A stretch of 64,000 nt of DNA, taken from contig CAZDCG010000001.1 of NCBI GenBank assembly GCA_964503955.1, forward strand, positions 2,962 to 66,961. The letters run 5' to 3'. The notes beneath the pieces are model-generated. The model had not been told where the DNA came from, ran no database searches, and saw only the letters and a program-made list of their open reading frames with translations. Source of the DNA: an uncultured Gammaproteobacteria bacterium (GTDB lineage: Bacteria > Patescibacteriota > Patescibacteriia > VMEV01 > CAYQCH01). This document shows positions 20,568-27,338 of this stretch, piece by piece (within the stretch, counting starts at the first letter, position 1; each line of letters begins with the position of its first letter). Position numbers and translations under genes: made by a program.

Positions 20568-20811
20568 AGCGAGCAATAAGTTGTTTCTTTTCTTCTCGTC
20601 CGATACCGGACTTTAGATATAGTTCACGATTTCTGGCATCGCTCTCATTTTCAAATGGTTCAGTATGGACTATATCTAAAGGCCTATATCCTTTTGTTGA
20701 TCTCACTTTGCCCTGCTGATGCTCTTTAAACCTGCGATCAATATCTGATGTACAACCAACATATGACCACGGCCGCTTTTCTCTGCTTCTGAGAATATAT
20801 ACATAGAACAT
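20554..20811 (-). CDS. GIY-YIG nuclease (YhbQ/COG2827-like), gene abutting/overlapping the 5' end of tRNA-Gln
   Basis: MFYVYILRSREKRPWSYVGCTSDIDRRFKEHQQGK...RELYLKSG is a GIY-YIG domain. The start is set at MFYVYIL, because the ORF-track extension upstream translates a pseudo-tRNA fragment. The stop lies 14 nt inside the tRNA. Confidence 0.75.
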   Translation of the reverse strand: MFYVYILRSREKRPWSYVGCTSDIDRRFKEHQQGKVRSTKGYRPLDIVHTEPFENESDARNRELYLKSGIGREEKKQLIARSRVV

Positions 20812-20822
20812 ACCATATGGAT

Positions 20823-20905
20823 CCAGGACCCCTGCCTGCCGGCAGGCAGGAAAACCTGGTGTCCTATTTACCCGCCGAAGGAGGGCTATTAGACGACCCG
20901 GGAGC
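20823..20905 (-). pseudogene. Degenerate 5' fragment of tRNA-Gln (acceptor + D-arm + anticodon arm), carrying a D-loop insertion and a 20-nt perfect palindrome in the anticodon loop
   Basis: The reverse complement reads TCCCGGGTCGTCTAAT[AGCCCTCCTTCGGCGGGTAAAT]AGGACACCAGGTTTT[CCTGCCTGCCGGCAGGCAGG]GGTCCTGG. Outside the bracketed insertions it is colinear with tRNA-Gln positions 1-43. There is no T-arm or 3' acceptor. Confidence 0.6.
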
Positions 20906-20974
20906 AATATTGAGTTGTGATATACATATTCCCAGATCCTACCATTCTGCCTAATATAAATGATAATAGCGGCA

Positions 20975-21015
20975 GTCCGCCTTAGGCGGAAGACGACCCG
21001 GGAGCGAGCAATAAG
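20975..21015 (-). repeat. Second duplicated copy of the tRNA-Gln 5' leader + first 13 nt, fused to a CCGCC-TTA-GGCGG hairpin
   Basis: agacgacccgggagcgagcaataag (20991-21015) is 25/25 identical to 20555-20579, the real tRNA 5' end plus 12-nt leader. Confidence 0.6.
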
Positions 21016-21115
21016 CGATGTTCTTTTGTGAGCCTAGAGCAAATAAAAGCAAGGCAATGCGCCAAGCTTTTTCTACATGACAGGTTACATGCCCTGTAAT
21101 GCAAAGTCAATCCTG

Positions 21116-22372
21116 TCAGAGTATGATCGTCGCCAGGCCAAGAAAAAGCAGAAAACCTAAGACATCCGTAGCTGTGGTGATAAAGATCGTCGCGGACGCG
21201 GCGGGGTCCTTTCCAATTCTTTGCATCACAAGCGGCACAAGGGTTCCAAAAATGGCCGCCACAATGAGATTAAAAATCATTGCGATACCAAGAACCAAAG
21301 CCAGCTTGATATCCTGATTCAGCAGAAGAATCACAGCTGCAACCAGGATGCCATTGATCAATCCGTTCACCAACGCCGCGCCGATTTCATTTAACAAGGG
21401 CCGCCAGCAATGTTTTAAATCGATTTCTTTCAGCGCGATTCCTCTCACAAGCACGGCCAGCGTCTGGGTCGCCGCATTCCCTCCCATACCCGCGACAATG
21501 GGCATATACACAGCCAGCAAAACATACTTAGAAATGGTTTCGTCAAAAAGCCGGACAGTAAACGACGCGAGAAATGCCGTGGCAAGATTGATCATCAGCC
21601 ATTTATAGCGGAATCGAACTTTAACAAGAGCTCTGTCCGTGACGGACTCCTCATCATGGACACCGGCGAAATCATACAAAGAAGCCGATTCCAATTCTTC
21701 CATGGCACGTAAGACATCGTCTGAATAGATGATCCCAAGAACATTTCCATGATTGCCGATAACAACAACCTTGGCATGCGGATTCTGTTTGAACGTTTTT
21801 AGCACCGAGGAAAGTTCTGCATCATGAAAAACAGCGGGGATTTTTTTAACGAATTTTCTTACAAATTGCGTAGACCTCGCAAAAACAAGTTCATGCACAG
21901 GGACGATACCGGCGAGCTTGCCGTCTCTCATGGCAACAATAACCGGCGCTCTGCCGGTCCGCTTTTCATGTGCCTTAAACTTTTTTCCCACGGTGGAAAC
22001 TTTATCTGTGTCACTCACCAGAATATAGTCGATATGCATCAAACCGGCTGCCGTTTTCGGATCAAACTTGGCGAGCAATTCGACTCCGCTTCTAAGCGTT
22101 TCGCTTAACCGAAGAATAATATTGGAACGGCGTTCCGGGGGCAAAATCTGAATAAGATCCGTTGCCTCATCAGGATCAAGGTGCTCCAATACATCGATCA
22201 AGTCTTCATCAGGAAGCTGCCGTGCAAGATCGCGCTGAATGCGCTTTGTCAAACGAAGCATCACATGGGCGCGCAAATCATGATCCATGCTCAAAAAAAT
22301 TTGCAGCCGTTCTTTGGGGCGCAAGCTGAGATAGCGGACAAGATCAAGATTTGTTTTACGATGATTGCGCAT
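21116..22372 (-). CDS. mgtE: Magnesium transporter MgtE
   Basis: MgtE N-domain, tandem CBS domains, and the C-terminal 5-TM channel (FGTLVPLVMQRIGKDPAASATIFITTATDVLGF). Confidence 0.93.
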   Translation of the reverse strand: MRNHRKTNLDLVRYLSLRPKERLQIFLSMDHDLRAHVMLRLTKRIQRDLARQLPDEDLIDVLEHLDPDEATDLIQILPPERRSNIILRLSETLRSGVELLAKFDPKTAAGLMHIDYILVSDTDKVSTVGKKFKAHEKRTGRAPVIVAMRDGKLAGIVPVHELVFARSTQFVRKFVKKIPAVFHDAELSSVLKTFKQNPHAKVVVIGNHGNVLGIIYSDDVLRAMEELESASLYDFAGVHDEESVTDRALVKVRFRYKWLMINLATAFLASFTVRLFDETISKYVLLAVYMPIVAGMGGNAATQTLAVLVRGIALKEIDLKHCWRPLLNEIGAALVNGLINGILVAAVILLLNQDIKLALVLGIAMIFNLIVAAIFGTLVPLVMQRIGKDPAASATIFITTATDVLGFLLFLGLATIIL

Positions 22373-22376
22373 AGAA

Positions 22377-22949
22377 TCACCTGGTCTTCAGATATCTCTG
22401 AACCCCGAGAGCGGAGAGGGCGGCCGCCCCCAGGGTGGCCAGATAGACTGTTAAGATGGCTGCTAACGATGCCGAAAATGATCGCGGAAGCATACCGAGC
22501 AGGAAAACACTAAACCAGGATGTGACGGAAATCGCTCCGCAAAGAAATGCCATTCTTGTTCCGCCTGCCAACTCCGCTTTCTGCGGTGTATGGCGTTTTC
22601 CAAAATAAATTCTCGTTAAGGTCGGGTGGATGCGGAAATGAAGAATCAATCCGTTTATGATGACAACCAGGAGAATCAGCAGTTTAGCGATGAACTTATC
22701 TGAAGCAAGCAAGGCTGCCGGATGGGCCATAAACAGCAAACCGCCGGAAACAATAGCGAGGAAGAGCCCAAACCATACCGAGTAGGAAACATTCTTTAGC
22801 ACGTTTGCTTCAAACCGGGAGATCCGCATATCCTTGAGAAAACGGAAAAACAACGTATCCGCCACAATCGCCGCTCCAAAGCCGATCACAACGCCAAGTA
22901 CATGCAGTATTAAGAAGTACTGCCGAAATTGCCCGGCTAGTTCAACCAT
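22377..22949 (-). CDS. Hypothetical 4-TM membrane protein
   Basis: Hydrophobic segments only; no recognisable motif. Confidence 0.45.
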   Translation of the reverse strand: MVELAGQFRQYFLILHVLGVVIGFGAAIVADTLFFRFLKDMRISRFEANVLKNVSYSVWFGLFLAIVSGGLLFMAHPAALLASDKFIAKLLILLVVIINGLILHFRIHPTLTRIYFGKRHTPQKAELAGGTRMAFLCGAISVTSWFSVFLLGMLPRSFSASLAAILTVYLATLGAAALSALGVQRYLKTR

Positions 22950-22954
22950 AGATG

Positions 22955-23872
22955 CTAAACGCGAGAATACTTCCGCGTGGCCAAAATGCTTGCAATGCTT
23001 AGCAGCAGAATCAACCCGCCAAGCTGCAAACCGAAAAGGTAGAGAAAGTTTACGTTGAAAAACGCAACCAGATCTATTGCGGCTGTATCCACAAACAGTT
23101 CATTGATATACGGCTGCATAAATCCAAGAATCGGATACCAGATGCCGATGAAGATTGCCATGGCAAAGACCGCGTATAAAATGCTTCCCCAGATATACGG
23201 AAAACGGATAAACCAGTTGGTTGCCCCCACCAAACGCATAATCGCGATTTCATCCCGATGCGTATAGATGATGATACGAAGCGTATTAAATACCACAAGA
23301 ACGGCAATAAGTGTGAACAGAACCGTAAAAACGGTGGCAATACTTCGTACCCGCTCGCTGATCGTTGAAACTCGCTCAATAATATAAGTATGTTCGTCAA
23401 AGCTCTTGTCCGCCACAACAGCATCATAACGGTCCTCTTCAAGCAGGCTTACAATCGGCGCATAATCCTGCGTGCTCTGCGCCTGGACAATCAGCTGCGC
23501 GCCAAGAGGGTTCTCCCCAAGCTCCTGCAGGGATTGAATGATAACCGGATCGGATTGATGGCGGTTGATCATTGACTCAAGCGATTCCTGAGCAGAGATA
23601 TAAATCACTTCCTTTACCTGCGGCAAGCCAAGCAGCCGTGAGCGAAGATCAAGAATCGCGGTTTCCTCAACACCCGGATTGATAAAAACGCTGACATCGA
23701 TCTTCTTTTCAATGGTCTGCAGGGTGTATTCGCTGATGGTTCGAATCAAAATCAAACTGTTGAAGCTGAACAGAGCAAGAAGAACGACCGTGACGGTGAT
23801 TAAAGAAAGCCAGAAATTTCTCCAGAAATCCTGGAGCGCGTATTTTGCCGTTCTGGAGAGAAATGTAAGCAT
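22955..23872 (-). CDS. ftsX: Cell-division ABC transporter permease FtsX
   Basis: 305 aa with an N-terminal TM, a large extracytoplasmic loop, and 3 C-terminal TM helices (FtsX architecture). Sits immediately downstream of ftsE. Confidence 0.85.
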   Translation of the reverse strand: MLTFLSRTAKYALQDFWRNFWLSLITVTVVLLALFSFNSLILIRTISEYTLQTIEKKIDVSVFINPGVEETAILDLRSRLLGLPQVKEVIYISAQESLESMINRHQSDPVIIQSLQELGENPLGAQLIVQAQSTQDYAPIVSLLEEDRYDAVVADKSFDEHTYIIERVSTISERVRSIATVFTVLFTLIAVLVVFNTLRIIIYTHRDEIAIMRLVGATNWFIRFPYIWGSILYAVFAMAIFIGIWYPILGFMQPYINELFVDTAAIDLVAFFNVNFLYLFGLQLGGLILLLSIASILATRKYSRV

Positions 23873-23878
23873 AGAAAA

Positions 23879-24559
23879 TTAGAGAGAATATTTCGCGGCT
23901 TCCTGATCGCGGACAACTTGGCCATGTTCCATCACGATCACGCGACGGCGCAGTGAATTCACGATATCGCGGTCATGCGTCATTAAAATGACGGTCGTTC
24001 CAAATTCATTGATTTTTTTCAGCAGATCCAATATTTCCTGCGCATTGATCGTATCAAGATTTCCGGTTGGTTCATCCGCGATAAGAATCTTTGGACGATG
24101 GGCAAGCGCTCTGGCAATGGCCACGCGCTGCGATTCTCCGCCAGAGATTTCATTAGGATACCGCTTCCCTTTTCCTCCAAGCCCGACGATATTCAGCAAT
24201 GGCTCGGTCACCTGTTTGATCTTTTTCTTTGGCATGCCGGCCACTTCCAGCGCATAGGCGACGTTTTCTTCAACGGTTTTTCCTTCAAGCAGGTTGAAAT
24301 CCTGGTAGACGACCCCGATCTGCCTTCGCAAATACGGAATTTCGTAATTCTTGATGTCCGTAATATCCCAGCCTCCTACAATGATCTGCCCTTTGCTTGG
24401 TTTTTCCTGAGCGATAAGCAGCTTTGAAAACGTTGTTTTCCCCGCACCGCTTTGGCCGATGAGAGAGACGAATTCCTTTGGCTGAATGCGCACGCTCACA
24501 TCAAGCAGCGCATGAACATCTCCTGGGTACGATTTGCTGACGCCTTTAAAGTGAATCAT
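23879..24559 (-). CDS. ftsE: Cell-division ATP-binding protein FtsE
   Basis: Walker A GQSGAGKTT, ABC signature ISGGESQRVAIARAL, Walker B ILIADEPTGNLD. Confidence 0.93.
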   Translation of the reverse strand: MIHFKGVSKSYPGDVHALLDVSVRIQPKEFVSLIGQSGAGKTTFSKLLIAQEKPSKGQIIVGGWDITDIKNYEIPYLRRQIGVVYQDFNLLEGKTVEENVAYALEVAGMPKKKIKQVTEPLLNIVGLGGKGKRYPNEISGGESQRVAIARALAHRPKILIADEPTGNLDTINAQEILDLLKKINEFGTTVILMTHDRDIVNSLRRRVIVMEHGQVVRDQEAAKYSL

Positions 24560-25455
24560 AGACTGTCTTCCGTTTGTACTCCGTATAAATTAGGCAACCC
24601 CTCATTTTCAAACGTTGTTTCGTCCATCAGATAAGGAACCACCCGGACCTGCGTCAGTCCGCGCCATTTTTCGGTAAGCTGCTCAAAAGCGAACAAATCA
24701 AGATCAATAATGCGCCCGGTCCATTCCTCAGGTCCGTAGTCATTTACCTCGATGATAACGCTTTTCTCCGTATGCAGGTCGGTCACTTCAAGCAATGTTC
24801 CAGGCGGGTAATGCCGTGAAGCCGCGCAGTTGCAATTGTGATATCGGTACCAGCTTGCTTCGCCTTCCGTTGGAATAATTTCGGAGAGAACAGCCATAGG
24901 GGCATAGGTCAAATGAATAGCCGCGCGCAGCGACTGATCTGCTTTATGATCCGTGGTTGGGATAGCAACCCATTCCTGTCTGCCTTTGTCCCAGAAGTAG
25001 ACACCGCGGTTGACCTGTGTTGCGGCGGGATAATGAACGCGCAGCCAAAGCGGCAAGGACGGATCATAGAGATCCGCCGCTCCTTTGATATCAAATTCGT
25101 AAATCGGCGTGACAATCTGCATGCCGTCAGGCACGTTCCAGTCGACCTGAAGCCGCGATGATTCCTGTTCATCCACAGCGGTCGCGCCTACGCGGAAAAT
25201 TTTCTCTTCAATGTAATCGACATGGTCGAACACTTTGATCGTAACATCAGTTTCCCCTTTCAGCACGCCAGGGAGAACGCCCACATGAAAATGATCGTCC
25301 GGCGTGGATACGGTATATCCAAGTTCGATGGTTGGAGCGTCAAAACTCCAGGTATGCAGCTCCCCCTTTGCAAGCTCCTGAGCTGAAGCAATTGCAGCTA
25401 TCGCAAAAACCGACACCAAAGCCGAGGGCAGCATGAATAAAAGTTTCCTTCGCAT
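24556..25455 (-). CDS. RlpA-like double-psi beta-barrel (DPBB) lipoprotein/secreted protein
   Basis: The C-terminus EGEASWYRYH...GTLLEVTDLHTEKSVIIEVNDYGPEEWTGRIIDLDLFAFEQL matches the RlpA/expansin-like DPBB. Signal peptide MRRKLLFMLPSALVSVFAIAAIASA. The start is moved to this Met; the upstream 96 codons of the ORF-track model look spurious. Confidence 0.65.
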   Translation of the reverse strand: MRRKLLFMLPSALVSVFAIAAIASAQELAKGELHTWSFDAPTIELGYTVSTPDDHFHVGVLPGVLKGETDVTIKVFDHVDYIEEKIFRVGATAVDEQESSRLQVDWNVPDGMQIVTPIYEFDIKGAADLYDPSLPLWLRVHYPAATQVNRGVYFWDKGRQEWVAIPTTDHKADQSLRAAIHLTYAPMAVLSEIIPTEGEASWYRYHNCNCAASRHYPPGTLLEVTDLHTEKSVIIEVNDYGPEEWTGRIIDLDLFAFEQLTEKWRGLTQVRVVPYLMDETTFENEGLPNLYGVQTEDSL

Positions 25456-25515
25456 AGTATTTGTAGTAAGATTATAGCATATCCAGTTCTCCACAGGAGA
25501 ACGCATTCGCAAACA

Positions 25516-26046
25516 ATGCCGAAAACAAAAAAACCTGCGGTCTCCAAGCGAAAACCGCAGCGAAAAACAAAAGGCCTCATTTGGACGGAGCAGCACCTGG
25601 CAGTCAAAGCGCTCATGGAGGAAGAGCTTCATGGGCTTTTGCACTATCTGCGTTCTATTCATTACCTCGCCGTTGTTCTCCTGCTCGCGTCCATCGCAAC
25701 GCTCTTTTACGCGCTCAGCGTGATTTTTCAAAATGACCATACGGCTGTTGTCGGCTTTCTCATGGTGATTTTCACCTCATTAACCGTTTCCATCATCTCC
25801 GTCTGGACGCTCAAGCCCTGGATCATGCCTCGCTTTCTGCTGCCCATCGACATGAATGAGCTTGATCTTTCCCAGCTCCTCACCCTCTTCAATAGTCCCG
25901 AAGAATATCTGAACCTGCTCAAATCCCATACGCAATTATTGACCGAGCAATATCTGATCGTAAAACTCCGCCGTTTACGCATGGCAATCCTCTTCTTTGT
26001 TTTCGGCGCGGCTGTCGCTATCTTGCTTTCGATTGCTGTTCCTTAA
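25516..26046 (+). CDS. Hypothetical membrane protein (basic N-terminus, 3-4 TM)
   Basis: ORF divergent from the RlpA-like gene. No motif. Confidence 0.4.
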   Translation: MPKTKKPAVSKRKPQRKTKGLIWTEQHLAVKALMEEELHGLLHYLRSIHYLAVVLLLASIATLFYALSVIFQNDHTAVVGFLMVIFTSLTVSIISVWTLKPWIMPRFLLPIDMNELDLSQLLTLFNSPEEYLNLLKSHTQLLTEQYLIVKLRRLRMAILFFVFGAAVAILLSIAVP

Positions 26047-26116
26047 ATCTTGATTTTGCTCCAAATTTTTGTTACATTATCCATACATGAGCGCAGAGAG
26101 GCGCTCTCTTTATTTG

Positions 26117-26137
26117 CCGACGTAGCTCAGCCGGTAC
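26117..26137 (+). other. tRNA 5'-half-like fragment (acceptor + D-arm: GCCGACGTAGCTCAGCCGGTA) upstream of GIY-YIG gene
   Basis: Matches tRNA-Thr positions 1-21 at 16/21 nt. It is followed by a GC hairpin and AAGGAG 8 nt before the GIY-YIG ATG. Confidence 0.45.
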
Positions 26138-26186
26138 CCTCCGCCCATCGCTCACGCTTAGAGCCGGCGGGCAAGGAGCAATCATT

Positions 26187-26435
26187 ATGCTGGAAGACTT
26201 TTATTATACCTACGTCTTGCTGTGTGCTGATGATATGCTCTATATTGGCTATACTGATAACCTGCCTCAACGAATGCAAGCGCATCAAGATGGACTTGTT
26301 ACCGCGACAAAAAAACGTCGACCGATGCGCCTTGTCTATTTCGAAGCATGCACCAGTCAGAAAAGCGCAATAAAGAGAGAAAAATACTTCAAAACAGGCT
26401 TTGGACGTTCATTCCTCAAAAAGAGATTATCTTAA
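26187..26435 (+). CDS. GIY-YIG nuclease (YhbQ/COG2827-like), stop codon directly abutting tRNA-Thr
   Basis: YTYVLLCADDMLYIGYTDNLPQRMQAHQDG...REKYFKTG. AAGGAG Shine-Dalgarno 8 nt upstream. The TAA stop at 26433-26435 and tRNA nucleotide 1 at 26436. Confidence 0.8.
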   Translation: MLEDFYYTYVLLCADDMLYIGYTDNLPQRMQAHQDGLVTATKKRRPMRLVYFEACTSQKSAIKREKYFKTGFGRSFLKKRLS

Positions 26436-26511
26436 GCCACCTTAGCTCAGCTGGTAGAGCAATGCTTTCGTAAAGCAGAGGTCGGCGGTTCGAATCCGCC
26501 AGGTGGCTCCA
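26436..26511 (+). tRNA. tRNA-Thr (anticodon CGU), CCA encoded
   Basis: Acceptor GCCACCT/AGGTGGC. D-arm GCTC-AGCTGGTA-GAGC. Anticodon arm with loop TTCGTAA (U33, A37). Variable AGGTC. T-arm GGCGG-TTCGAAT-CCGCC. Discriminator T, then CCA. Confidence 0.85.
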
Positions 26512-26860
26512 TTTCATACATAACATCCCCTGCCCGCCTGTGTTGACGAGCGTTAGCGAGAATGCACGGCGGGGCCAGGTGGCTCCATTTCGTACATAAC
26601 ATCCCCTGCCCGCCAGTGCTGACGAGCGTTAGCGAGGATGCACGGCGGGGCCAGGTGGCTCCATTTCATACATAACATCCCCTGCCCGCCTGTGTTGACG
26701 AGCGTTAGCGAGAATGCACGGCGGGGCCAGGTGGCTCCATTTCATACACAACGCCCTCTAATCGTCTCCAGTAACCAAGCAAGGCGACTACATATCATCC
26801 CCTGCCCGCCTGTGCTGACGAGCGATCAACGACGGCGTGCGGGAGGCCATTCTCAAACAA
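26496..26860 (+). repeat. Tandem direct repeat, ~76-bp unit x 3 full + 1 degenerate copy, each unit starting with the last 16 nt of tRNA-Thr
   Basis: The string ccaggtggctcca recurs at 26500, 26575, 26651 and 26727. The unit is the tRNA 3' end, then an AT-rich 16-mer, then the hairpin CCCGCC-N29-GGCGGG. The ORF 26638..26874 is an artefact of the repeat. Confidence 0.8.
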
Positions 26861-26880
26861 GACAACAAGAGTAATACATC

Positions 26881-26916
26881 AAAAAACAGCCCGCATGATG
26901 AGGCTGCTTTTTGTTT
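26881..26916. terminator. Bidirectional terminator hairpin (CAGCCC-gcatgatga-GGCTG, A/T flanks)
   Basis: Between the repeat array and the ftsB-like gene end. Confidence 0.45.
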
Positions 26917-26923
26917 CGTTCAA

Positions 26924-27334
26924 TCAACTTTGAAAGAAATAGCGCCACCACAAAACCGGGTTTGAAGCGCCTTCCTCTTGCTTATACGAATACGACGGTT
27001 CCTCAAAAAGCCCGGGCTCCTCATTTGGCGGTTCATCGGTAATCACGATCATCTTTTCGCCCGGCTTTTTCAGTCCCAGTTTTAACCGCGCCTGCTCTTC
27101 AAATGAATTTTCCGTTTTAAGGAATTCAACAAATCTTGAAAAATCATTGGTCTTCACTTCCAATTCAGTAATCTCCTGTTCAAGAGCCTGGATTTCCTGT
27201 TTGATCTGGTAACTTCGCATCAATTCCTTGACGAGGGACGCAGAAATCAGGAGAAATAAAACCGCCAGGGTCAACAGAAACCAGCGTGAGAAAAACCAAT
27301 GCTGCCTTCTTTCCTGGCGGCTTCGCGGTCGCAT
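26924..27334 (-). CDS. ftsB: Septum formation initiator family protein (FtsB/DivIC-like)
   Basis: Single N-terminal TM, then a coiled coil (YQIKQEIQALEQEITELEVK) and FtsB-like LKLGLKKPGEKMIVI. Confidence 0.7.
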   Translation of the reverse strand: MRPRSRQERRQHWFFSRWFLLTLAVLFLLISASLVKELMRSYQIKQEIQALEQEITELEVKTNDFSRFVEFLKTENSFEEQARLKLGLKKPGEKMIVITDEPPNEEPGLFEEPSYSYKQEEGASNPVLWWRYFFQS

Positions 27335-27338
27335 AGTG

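Noticed and set aside
20812-20907. N-terminal 32 codons of the 117-aa GIY-YIG ORF (20554..20907)
   Set aside because: They translate a degenerate tRNA-Gln copy including a 20-nt perfect palindrome. The conserved GIY-YIG N-terminus (MFYVYIL) starts at 20811.
25456-25740. N-terminal 96-codon extension of the RlpA-like ORF
   Set aside because: It is a Cys/Arg/Phe-rich segment with no signal peptide. A canonical lipoprotein-style signal peptide begins at the internal Met at 25455, and the upstream part overlaps a divergent promoter region.
26496-26874. Possible CRISPR array or ORF 26638..26874 downstream of tRNA-Thr
   Set aside because: The repeats are contiguous (period 76) with no unique spacers, and units begin with tRNA 3' sequence. 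This is a tandem duplication, not CRISPR. The ORF lies entirely in the repeat.
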